In this document: positions 36,293-48,400 of the stretch, in pieces
Numbering within the stretch: position 1 is the stretch's first letter
Layout: every line of letters starts with the position of its first letter
NCBI GenBank assembly: GCA_043228905.1
Contig: JBHGNT010000008.1
Coordinates: 14,012,001-14,076,000 of the forward strand
DNA length: 64,000 nucleotides
Direction of reading: 5' to 3'
Source: Azolla caroliniana
Taxonomy: Eukaryota > Plantae > Polypodiophyta
Translations under genes and position numbers: made by a program
Notes under the pieces: generated by a model
The model's database searches: none
Seen by the model: the letters and a program-made list of their open reading frames with translations, nothing else
Told to the model about the DNA's origin: nothing

Positions 36293-39200
36293 CGCGCACA
36301 TGTGTTTGTGTGTACAAGTGACCGTAGAAAGGATGATGAGGAAAGGATGAAGACATACTTTCTTAGTTAGCGAGGCATATTACATGTCTAACAATCAAGA
36401 GTTGGATATCTAGATCACTTAGATGTCACTCATCATTACAATCGAATGTACATAAATGTACCCATACCAATAATCAATTATTAGAAAACTTGTTAGCCTA
36501 TATTGAGGTAAATCCTCGTGCACACAGACATGACGATTACAAGAGTGACTTGTCCAATGCATAGTCTCAATTTCTCAAGGGATATTGAAGAATTTTGGTT
36601 CAATTTTGTGCCCCCCTTGTTTATTTAGTTGTTTCGTGAATAGAGTGGTATTGATTATGAAATAAAATAATTACAAGCATGGTATTGAGATTTCAATTTG
36701 ATCAAAGTCATACGGAAAAAAAGCAAATATGATGCTTTACCAAGTCTCATACTAGGATCTTCTCAACTTATAAATAGGTGATATTGATTATTAATCCTAA
36801 CATATAAGGTTCATTTTCAAAACCAATTCCCAGCTCATGTGATCGTCGAAGAGTTGCTTTTGACCTTTCTGTGTGATCCTTGATTTAAGGAATTAGGGAA
36901 TGAAATTATGGATAGAAATTGCCAATAACAACAATGCAACCTTGGCATACATACATGTTTCAAGTTCCAATCACATTATAATCTAAAGAAATCTCGGTCG
37001 GTCATCAAGAAACACCAATATATAACCAATGCCTTGAAATTAGACATGATATGGGTGATTATCAAGATTAGAAATGCATCCATCTCACTTTGTGGTGTTG
37101 TCAAACATGTGACATTGCAAATTCTGACACCATAGGGTTGGATTGAATATGTAATGGAACCTTTGACAACCACAAATGACCAAGATGGGATGAAATAATG
37201 AATGATTAAAGAGGCCAAAGAAATGATGATTGAATGAGTAAATGGCATCAAATGGAACACACGTAAGAAGGTTCCTAATTTAACCGAAATGAAGAATGAA
37301 ATAGATTGGAGAAATACCAATACTGACACCAAAGTTGCAATGCTTGAGGATCCGGTACATCCACAAACTCTATAGTCTTAAAGCATTTGAAGGCCGGGTA
37401 GATGTACCCACACCACAATCTAGAAGTATATGGTTACCATTTCCATAAAAGAAAAGAATGAAAAGAAAAGCAAAAAACATAAGCCATCATTGAGAAAAGA
37501 AAAGAATTAGGAAAGGGGTTCTCACATCAAGAGCCTTGTCAACAAGGTGGCCATATTCCACCAAAATAAGAAGAAGAGGAAAATGATGTTTATGAAGATT
37601 AAGACCATTTATTTATTTCAAACACATTGCCCACTATAGAGACCTTTTTCCAATCATTTTAAGTATATACCCTCCCCTTCATGAATCTATAGCAAAAACT
37701 TTCAAGTTACTTTTAAGTAGTATATACCCCCTTTTCCTATCCTTTAATCCATGGTAACTTTAAAATTGATTCTTGGTATATTCTCCTCCATACTCACTTT
37801 CTAATGGTTTGCATACGATACCCCCCTTTTCTTTCATTTTTTCAGAAACCTTATTAGTATATACTTATTTGTGTTAGTTTGTAGTAAGTATATACCTATT
37901 TTTATTCATCACTTCGTTCACATTTCCTTAATGCATTTAACCACTTGGTTCCATATCTTTTTGTTGGTTTATGTTGTTAATAGGCATGAATGCCTTTATT
38001 GAGGTTGGCAAATTCTAGATTGGTTTTTGAATTTATACAAGATTCCTCCACTTTCAAAGGCATTGGAGTTTAATAAACAAGGACACTAAAGAGCAATGGG
38101 GTTTAGGATTACCTCTATATTGTGAGTCCAAAATGAGCTTTGGGCTTCGAGATTCACCTGACAACTAGCTTTGGATCCAACTTCTATGCTATGCAGCAAA
38201 AATTATCTTTTTTGTGTTACACTACAATTTCAATGGTGCATCCAACAATCACACTACTCTTGATATCACAGAATATTAACCACTACCTCTTTCCTTGGCC
38301 ACTAGCCTTAGAAGCTCTACCTTGAATTACTTATCCATAAAGAGAATCAAACTAATAGTAAACAATCTATATCTTTAATGTGTTGCTCCTATTAATGTGT
38401 CCAACAACCCATCTTATGTGAATGGGCCATATACTAATGACATACATATACATGGAAATTCTATTTCAAAATAGAGAAGACAAGGGAAACAAGAGAAATT
38501 AGAGAATGCAACGCTAAATCAGAGAGATCAAACTTCAACCCATTCTACTTCCTCCACCAAAGCCTCTTGCAACCACCAAACGTTGCCACCTTGGGAACCC
38601 CTACCCTTGTAACTCCTTATGTGCAATGAATCTTTGGTGGTATTCTTGCTTTGTCAAGTTCAATAATTAGATGTTTTTTGCTCATGTTTCATCTTTGAAT
38701 ACTCTAGTTTTCAAGAACAAGATGACCTACCTTGTTTATTCCTTAATAATGAATAGTTTTTTGGCCTCATCATTTTTCTCTCCAAGAGCATGAGCATCTT
38801 CACATCAAATAGTATGGTGTATTATGCTTTCCTTCTGTTCTACTACCGTCGTTTTACTTTCAAGTAACTAGCATTTTATCACTTTTGCTTCATAATAAAG
38901 TTACATAGCGCCAGAGATATTTCCAACCACCTCATTATAAAAGCTAACGATCCTGATCAAGGCACACTTTGAGAATGATTTCCCAACTTGTCGTGATAGT
39001 GACCCTGGATGAAACCATACATGGAAGGTGAACATTGACTTCATTAGTAAAATTTTATTGCAATGTAACTGTAGTTGAAACATATTTTGAAGTAGAAAAG
39101 AGTAGTACAAATTATTCATGAAGGTACATGCCATGCAAACAAAATAAGGGGCAAAAAATGAGGCTTGGAAAGGAAAACATGGCATGTACACATTTACATT

Positions 39201-39395
39201 GACCTCTTTGGGACCAAATGTCATATTTGTAAATAGCCAAAATGTCATATATTTATAAATATGACTTTGGGCAATCACTTTATGTTGTATATATATATAT
39301 ATATATTATTTACTAAACCTGCTCTATTTGAAGGTTATGACAAGAACCCATATTTATAAGCTCTTAGAAAAATAAGGAAAAATACTGTTTCCCCT

Positions 39396-39449
39396 TCACT
39401 CATTTTTATCAGGAGAATTTGCTGTGAACTGACACCCCTCCTCGATGCG
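39396..39449 (-). CDS. P-loop NTPase terminal exon (RIEEGCQFTANSPDKNE*)
   Basis: ACAG| acceptor, in-frame TGA at 39396-39398. Confidence 0.8.
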   Translation of the reverse strand, partial: RIEEGCQFTANSPDKNE

Positions 39450-42400
39450 CTGTAATAAACAGATATTATACAATTTTGATCATAATCTCCTCAGCTAAAA
39501 TATTATTCTCATGATAGAATACATGAGAAGACAGCAGAATACCCCTCGTTTTTGGGATATTTACCAGAATATCCTAAGCTTTCAAAACCTACCAGAATTT
39601 TCGAAAACATATAATTATTCTGGTAAACATCCGAAACAACTATGGGTATTTTTATACTGGCTAAGTTGTTATTTGAATTTTCTACCTGGAGAAGATAGCT
39701 ATGTAGTGAATCCAATGTTTGTGGAAATGTTGTAGCTGATATGTTCTTGACAATAATACCCTAACAAGAAACAAACAAGAAACAAAATTTTCTTAATTGA
39801 AAGGTAAGCTTTGGGTTTATGTTGTATAAACGGGTGGTTTCACTAGAAATTCTCTCTTAGAAAAGAGGCGCTGAAATAATTTGTGCAAGATTGCTTTTGG
39901 AGATAAGGATCATACACAATACGTAGAAATTGTAAACACAAGATTGAACTGTATTTATACTGCTGCAGTGTTTACGAATAAGACTACAATTAAATCTTAA
40001 AGAAAATTTACAAATTTAAAAGGACATGTATGGACGAGATTGTGAGTGAAGAATGGTCTTAAACCCAAATTTAAGAGTCCAGAGATGCAAAAGAGGGGAA
40101 ATTTAAGAGTCCAGAAAATGTCATCTATAATGACATATAGGTAATTTCTAACAGAAACTGACCTTTCTTATTTACAACTACAATGACATATAGGTAATTC
40201 TTATTAGAAGAGGTTTATTCAAGTTTTGTTTCACATTGTTCTGGTTTTATACAGTAACAAGAAACATAGAAAACATACAAGTTTTGCATTCAGATCACAA
40301 ACCTGACCCTTGAAGGAGCATAGGTAGTCCTGAATTGTCATTAGCCTGCTTATAATTGCCTCTTTCTCTGCCTGAAATATATGAAAAATAGTACAACACT
40401 TAGAAACATATCTAGGACATATCCTGTTGAGGTAGAGTTACTGGAACAGTATTCCAAGTCTGAAAATTTCTCAAAATAAAATCATTGGTAGAAACCTCCT
40501 GCACTTTCTTAAAAACAGTAGAGGATCGTGATGATGTTGAAATTTTAAACAGCTTCAAAAAAATTCATACAAAGGCTCTTCCTACAATCTCAGTTTGGTG
40601 GGAAGAAATTCTGAGTTGGCTATTGCTTTCCGAGCACTATGGGTCATACACATGTCAACGTACCTCGGTCTCTGTATGAATTCATTGTTTGAGAAGTTCA
40701 TGAATGATGTTTGTAGTGGGTAATGTTTGGGGAGAAGGAAGGTTCCCCTGATGTGATCCCACCCTTCAATTGTTTAGTTTATCATTTGAGAGACGCATAC
40801 GATATCAAAATGGTGGCAAGTTCTTGCTGTTGATGCCATTGTCGTTGAACCACGTCACCCTATGAGTGCTAAGATCTTTCTACATGTTATGTTGTTGCCA
40901 TTTACTTCTATGCTTCAAACATCTTGCATGTAATTCTTTAAGGTGGCATGGTTTAAATCCAGTTGATGAGATTCACAATCTGAAGTAATGCTTCTAACAT
41001 CATTGGGGGTGTTGTCGATTCACCACAAATGATTTCGTGTGGGTTGGTGCTTTACCAAATAACATCCATTTGTGTCATGGTTTAAATCCAGTTGATGAGA
41101 TTCACAATCTGAAGTAATGCTTCTAACATCACTGGGGGTGTTGTCGATTCACCACAAATGATTTCGTGTGGGTTGGTGCTTTACTAATGGATGGACACTC
41201 TATTTGTGTCTACATGTACATGGAGCGGCCAGAAGCCCACACGGTTGCACCATTCATGAGGGCAAGAGTATAGTATTGAATGATCATACTTTGTGGTAAG
41301 GGGCTCCTGAACTGCGCTTGCTGGTAATTATTGTTCTAGCATGTCCAAAGAGTGAGTCAATCCTTGGCAGCTTGCATCATAGAGAAGTGCCCATTTGTGT
41401 GTAAATGTGACCCCTAGATATACACAGGAACCCACAATTTGCCACCTGATAGGGTAAAAAAAAGTTTGTCAGAAAGCCAATACAAATGTGTAGAAGATTG
41501 TGGCCCAAGTCTTTCCTAGGTTTACGGTGAGCTCTTTTTCATGGCAAACACCATTGAGGGCATTGAGATGTTGTAGATTTCATGATATTTCAGACACAAA
41601 TTTACGTCAATGTAATAAAGAATATGGAAGGATATACCTAATATGTCAATCCCTTCACCACCTCACAAGTGTGACATGGTCCAGTACCTTGTCAATGTAG
41701 TCTGTAGAGGGTGGGCAAGAGTCAGCATCCATGCTTCACACCAATGGTGCTTGTGATTACATTTCATAGCTCCCCTCAACATTCAGTTCATCACCACACT
41801 TGACCAATTGACTTATGTAACAGGCATAATTGTGTACATGGTTCATATGCTGGGAAGGCCCCTTACATTCCTCTTTATGCCAAAACTTTTGGGGCATATT
41901 CTCAGGATTGTGGTGTATGGACAGAGTATGGTAAGGAAAACTATTGATGGCATAGGTATAGAGTATCGTAGAGAGTTGGGAGGTATTGCCATGAAGGGGT
42001 GTAGTTGGATCCAGATGGAAGAGTCCATGTTGGACAGGGTGACTATGTTTTAGCTAGAGCATGGATAAAGTGGATGATTGTGCATAGGGACGAGGTTGAT
42101 TTATGAGACAGAAGGTGGTTGTGACGGTCTGGTGTTGGCAAGGGTTATGGAAAGTGTAGCTGGCACCAATTGGGCAGGCTGGGATCGTGAAGGTTTTAAT
42201 GGTGTGGGTGGCTTCCTATGTCCTAAGGATATAGTCAATTGTGCTCCTGCCACCTTGTGGGAAACATACATGCCACTACAAATTCATTGTGCATCCTATT
42301 GCAGATAACAAGTTGGTGCCAAGACCCTAGCTCCAGTAGATGTTTCCCATATCCTGATTCCTCCAAAGATATTGAACACAAGTCCTCCAAGTCATAAATA

Positions 42401-45400
42401 CCACATTTCTATCTTGGTGTGAAAACATATCCTGTGTTGTCAAGTTCTGAGTCATGTGAGCTCTTACTTGTTCCTAAGTCCTCCAAAGATATTGAACACA
42501 TCATGCTTTGGGTCCTCTAAGTCATAAGTACCACATTTCTATCTTTGAGGAATACTTTACTCTAAATAGGACATTATATGGTGACCAATTTCTTCCTCTC
42601 TTAGTTGCTTGATTGTTTTCATTTACTTACTATGCATAAGTGATCCATTAGAAGGAAGTAACAAAGTAATTCTTTCACTGCTTCAGCCCAACCTTTCTTT
42701 AGTTGAGATTTGATGTTCTCTAGGACGTTCAGTTCAACTTCTCATGATAGGATGGGGAGGTCGGGGGTTTGGGTCAGGGGCAGGGGTCCGGGATCGGGGG
42801 TCAAGTGGGTGGTCATTGAGAGGGAGAGAAGCATGGTTACATGTGCATTAGAGAAAGAAGAAAGAAAGAAAGAAAGATATATTAACGTCTTTTAAGAGGC
42901 CAAAATGGCCTATAAGACCAAATAAGAGATTACATCTTGAGTGTTTTCTCGTCTTTGAGAACAAATCAAAATAAAATAATATTACACAGTAAATATAAAA
43001 GTAAATAAGATGAAACGAGGGAATCTGGTTTTTGGCACATGTGAGATTCTCAAGTTAGGTATATTGTAGCTTTTGTCTTCGAAAGATCTCTAGCATAAGT
43101 CAATCCAGAATAGAAATGTCTCCAACGCGAGGGAAGCACCAACGATGGTGGGAGATAATGGTTTTTATCTGTCGATGACAAGGGTGTCAAGGTCGTGGTC
43201 CATGGGGCCGAGGCCTACGTGCACAGCAAATTGCTATTGCCCCATCAATTGTAACCCCTTTGTTATGTCCTGGTTTGGGCCCCATTTGTGTATCCCGTGA
43301 TGGACTTGTAGCATTAGGAGTGATGGGGCTAAAGAAAGTTGGGATTGTTCTTTGTGTATGAGCTCGTGTGGCTATATTCTTCAACAACTTTTCCCGATGT
43401 CTCTTGAGCTCTAGAAAGAAAAGTCCTAGGCATCGTTGGTCATCATATTCTATTACCTTGCGTAGTGGGCCAAAGCCTTGTTTAAAGAGGCAATGGTATC
43501 TCCCTCTGATTTCATAAAAGACACGACAATGACAAACATAATGTTCCTTAGATTCCACTCCTTGATGACACAATTGGCAAATTCTCTCTTCTAGATGTAG
43601 TCATGTATATCTGCCTACCTCAATCTATAGCTAATGTGATGAAGTTCGCAGCTGGCCTATCACACTACGCAACGCATAGGATAGATGTATGTCCATATAA
43701 GGTGGCCTGATAACGAATCCATCCTCCGATGTATGTAAGAAGTGTGTCTTATAGTGGACCATCTTTGTACCAAGTGGTATTTTGGGGCTGATCCATGTTA
43801 TCTTGTTTTCCAAGTTAATAATATCAGTTCGAATCACTTTGTTCTTTCCCACTTTGGTCATATTTAGATGGGGACAGTCCAAGCTATATTGAAACAGGGG
43901 TAGTGCATTTATACTCATGCCATGTGATTCGAACCATTGTTGCATTTCAGAATACCAACAATGAGTGTCTCCATTTTCAGCCAGCTGTCTTGATGACATA
44001 AGTGCCAACCTTGGGTACCTTCGTTTAGGGAGCTCCCAAAGACATTGGATAAATGTCACTGATCGGAACAATGCCTCGGTTATTATCGGTGCTGGTCCCA
44101 TCTCTGCCCGGATTATATCGTGGGGCACCGATGCTTTGCTCCTTATCATGTGAGCAATCATTGACACTAAAGGTCTCTCTAAATCTTTCCAATGATTTGC
44201 CTTGTTAAGACTCGGTCCCCCTGTTTCTACTCCACAGAGAAGAGTTGGTGTCAAAAGTGTATCAAATAACCATAACTTAGTCCATGGCTCTTAGAACTGC
44301 AAATGTGCACATTGTCTCTCGAGAGCACCAAGGGCTGCATATCCACAAGAAAGTCGGGCACAAGCAGCCTCCTGTAAGGAGAACCTAGGTCTTGTAAATG
44401 TTACTCCTAGGTATGTGTAGGAGCGTGTGTATTCCACCTTTTCCTCTCCCAAGAAGAATTCTGGTTCTGATCTTGTTACCCATGCTTGAGTGGTGTTAAA
44501 CACCATCACTTTAGTTTTGTCCATGTTGATTAACAAACCTTTGTCCGCACAAAATAGTTTTAAGGCATTTAGATGTCTTTGTAGTCCCTCCAGAGAGTCA
44601 GAAATCAGCACAATGTCATTAGCATATAGTAATATTTGTATAGCTATACCTGCTAGGCGTGCTCCGGAACCCCCGAATCTCTCTATGTAATGTGATACCT
44701 CATCTATATAGAGACCAAAGAGAGTGGAGGATAGTGGGCATCCTTGCTTCACTCCAATTGTGCTAGCCACCACCTCTAACAAGCCCTTGGAAGACCAGAC
44801 TTTTCCTAACACGGATTCATAGAGTGCATAGATTCCCCATTACATATGTGTATGAACACCAAGGGCTTCTAGCCGCTGCATAAGCCGAGCACGTGACAGT
44901 GTCAAAGGCTTTTCGGAAATCCACAAAGCAGCAATAAATCCTCTTATTGTGGGCTCTGCCCTCCTCAATAAGGGCCCGAAGGGTGAATATGTGATCCAAA
45001 GTTGTGAACCCCTTCCAAAAGCTTGCCTGTCCAACTAAACGACAACCATTCTGCTCTGCCCATATACTCAATTCTAAATCTAGAATCGACCCATATAGTT
45101 TAGCCAAGTAATGACCAATCATGATTATCCTATAGTTGCTTGGCATCATTGGGTCTCCACTCTTGAGGATTGGCACGATGGTATGCTGAGTCCACCTAGT
45201 AGGGAAACCTTCACACATGGCTCTATTAAATATGTGTGCTAGCAATGGGAACAAGGTGTCAGGGGCATAGATAAAGTGCTCACCCACCAATCCATCATGA
45301 TCTTGGGCCTTCCCAAATTGTAGTTGATCAATGGTATTTCTTACATTTTCTGGTGTAAAGAAGGTTGATTCATGTGGACGTGAGGCATTCGGGTGGGGAA

Positions 45401-48400
45401 GAGGAGGTTGCCCCGGGATATCATATAGAACCTTTGCATATTCATGCCACACTTGTGGTGAGGTTAATTGTGTGGTGGGTTGCCTCTCATTAAACATTTT
45501 CCATGCTCTTTTACTCTCTTGTCCTAGAAACAAGCTATACAAATGATCTTCAAATTTAGCCAAATGCAATCTCTTCTTCTTCCTTACGAGGCGTTGGAAG
45601 GTTGCTCTCACTTGGTTGTGTGTATAAATGCCCCGTGTCACATCACGCCGCAAGCATCTCCTTGTATCACGACATTCCTCATCATACCAACTATTTTGTA
45701 TTACCCTACCAAGTTTGGGGGGATTAGCCGATGTGTGAGGGAAGGCATTTGTGGCTGCTTTATGCAATGATTTGGACAATCCTTGGGTAAGTTCTTCAAG
45801 GGGTGCGAAAGGATCCAAATCTAGCATGCCATTGTATACACTACAACTATACACATCAAATACACATCAATTGTCTCGCGAGTAAATAGATACTTACCCA
45901 GCCCACTCTCCTTAGCATATACATCCTTTGTGCATCCATCCTTTACCTTGAAGCATAGATATGCCTGATCTGCTGCCAAACCAATAGGTCTACCTGATAT
46001 TGTGAACATTGTTATTTCAGGTATAAGAGATGGAGATCCCATTAGATAATCGATTGTGCTTGCACCCCCTTTTGGGTTCCAACATGTCAAAGCATCTGAT
46101 CCAGGCCATTGTGACAAGCCATTATATATCACAAATCCATGCGCACTTCCCAAGGCTAGAAAGTGTTTTTCATATTCAGTTATAGCACTCATATCTTGAT
46201 CTTGTCGTTTTAGACCAACCTCTTCTACCATAACTTCTCCATAAACAGCCTCGTTGGTGTTAAACATAGTTGGTTGTTCATTCTTGGTCCGTGCATTAAA
46301 ATCTCCTAATAGTATTGTCCCCCATAGTAGCAAATCTTATGATATCATCATATAGTGGTAGATATGCTCATTCACCTAGAGGTGCAAACCTTGAGTAGGC
46401 AAGTGGAAAGTAGCAAATTGCAATATATAACTCCCTAAGATCCCCTCGTTTTATTCGTATCCACATGTAGCATGCATCACATCCTTATGGACAACATGCA
46501 CTCTATCATGGAACTCCTTTTTGTATAGCACAGCCACTCCTCCCGAACCTCTAGTGCTTCCTCGTGTCCAAGGTTGGGGGCAACATATTGACTCCCAGCT
46601 ATATCCTTGTACCTCGGGGAGTTTGCTACCTATGCATTGGTGAGTTTCTATATACATAGCAATATCTGTGTTTTTCAATGTATCTTCAAAATATCCGACA
46701 TCTGTCCGTAGAGAGCCGTTGCAATTCCATATGGTCATGTGTAGGGTCTCATAGGCCATATATCGTCATGTGCTCCTCTTCTCTATAATAATGACCTTGC
46801 CATCTCTATAAACGGCTTATTTTCCTTCCTTTCTTGCATCAAGCACTCGTGGCATGTTTTCTTTGCGGTGTGCCACTTGGGCTAGAGTGAGATCGTCATC
46901 TAAGTATATTTTTTCACCCTTGACTACCTTTCTTTTAGAGAGGAAAGCTTTTTTCTTGTCAATGTCCATCAAGCGAATGAGAAGGGCTTTAGCTCTAAAC
47001 TCATCTCTTCCCACCCTCCACACTGAAGCAAATGGAATATCTTATGCTCCAATCTTTGTTTTGAGATTCTTGGCATCTTCTTGTGGACTTCCTTTTTCGG
47101 CCCAACCAACCACTCGTACATTTAACACACGAGCTTTCCTCTTGGCTTCTTCTTCTAATGTAGCATTCATCATTGTTATCCTATCCATGGATGTTCCTTT
47201 TTGCTTTTTCACTACCTCTATCCAAGGAGCTTGCTCTTGCTTTAATTTCGTTTTGGGCGTGCTCAGCTTGAGCTTTGGCATCTTTGCCATGTCTGCCCAT
47301 GTTTGCATTTCCTTAGTGACATTCGCTTTCACTTTAGAGATGCATCTTTCCACTGCTTCTTGTCCTTTTTCGAAATCCACTTTTATAGCTCCTAACTCAA
47401 ACCTTACTTGAGGATATTTTATCCTTAAGGCATTGTGCCAAAAATGCAACAGATCATAAAATGCAAGGAAATAAACATTTCAAACAAGACAAGAAAGAAA
47501 CCCTACATATGTAGGGTTAACAAAACCCCAAACGCAGCATGAGACCTTAAAATGCTGAACTTTAAAATGTACAAGAAACCCTAAAAAGCAGTAGGAAAAC
47601 TTAAAATGAAAGACGCGTAAATTGCAGCAACAAATCCTGAAACACATTAAGGAATCCAAAAACGCAATGAGGTATTAACATCTGTTAAGAGGCCGAAATG
47701 ACCAATAGGAACAAACATGAGATTACATCTTAAAATGTTGTCTCATCTTTAAGAACAAATCAAAATAGACGTAACTAAACATAGTTTACTAAAGAATCTC
47801 GTCATCTAATCACTGCAATTTTGAAGTTAGATTGAGTAAACTTCTGCCTTCGAAGAATCTCAACGATGGACTGCGCAAATATGAACACATCTCCAAAGGG
47901 AGGCACCTTTGGTGCTAGGTGATAATTTATTTGTCAATGATAAGAGTAACACGGCCATGGTCCGGATGGTCGTGGCCTACACGTACAAACATTCTATGAG
48001 TTGATCTATTGTAACCCCATTCACATCCCCTGGTTGAGACCCACTTGTGTACATCAAGAAAGAAAGAAAGAAAGATATATTAACGTCTTTTAAGAGGCCA
48101 AAATGACCTATAAGACCAAACAAAAGATTACATCTTTGGTGTTGCTTCGTCTTTAAGAACAAACCAAAATAAAATAAAGATTACTCCGTAAATATAAAAG
48201 TAAATAAGATAAAAAGAGATGAGGGAATCTGGTTTTTGCAAAGCACATGTGAGATTCTCAAGTTAGATTAATTGTAACTTTTGACTTCGAAAGATCTCTA
48301 GCCTAGGTCGATCCAAAATGGAGAGGTCTCCAGCGCAAGCGAAACACATGCGATGGCAGGAGATAATGGCCTTTATGTGTCGATGACAAGAGTGTTGAGG

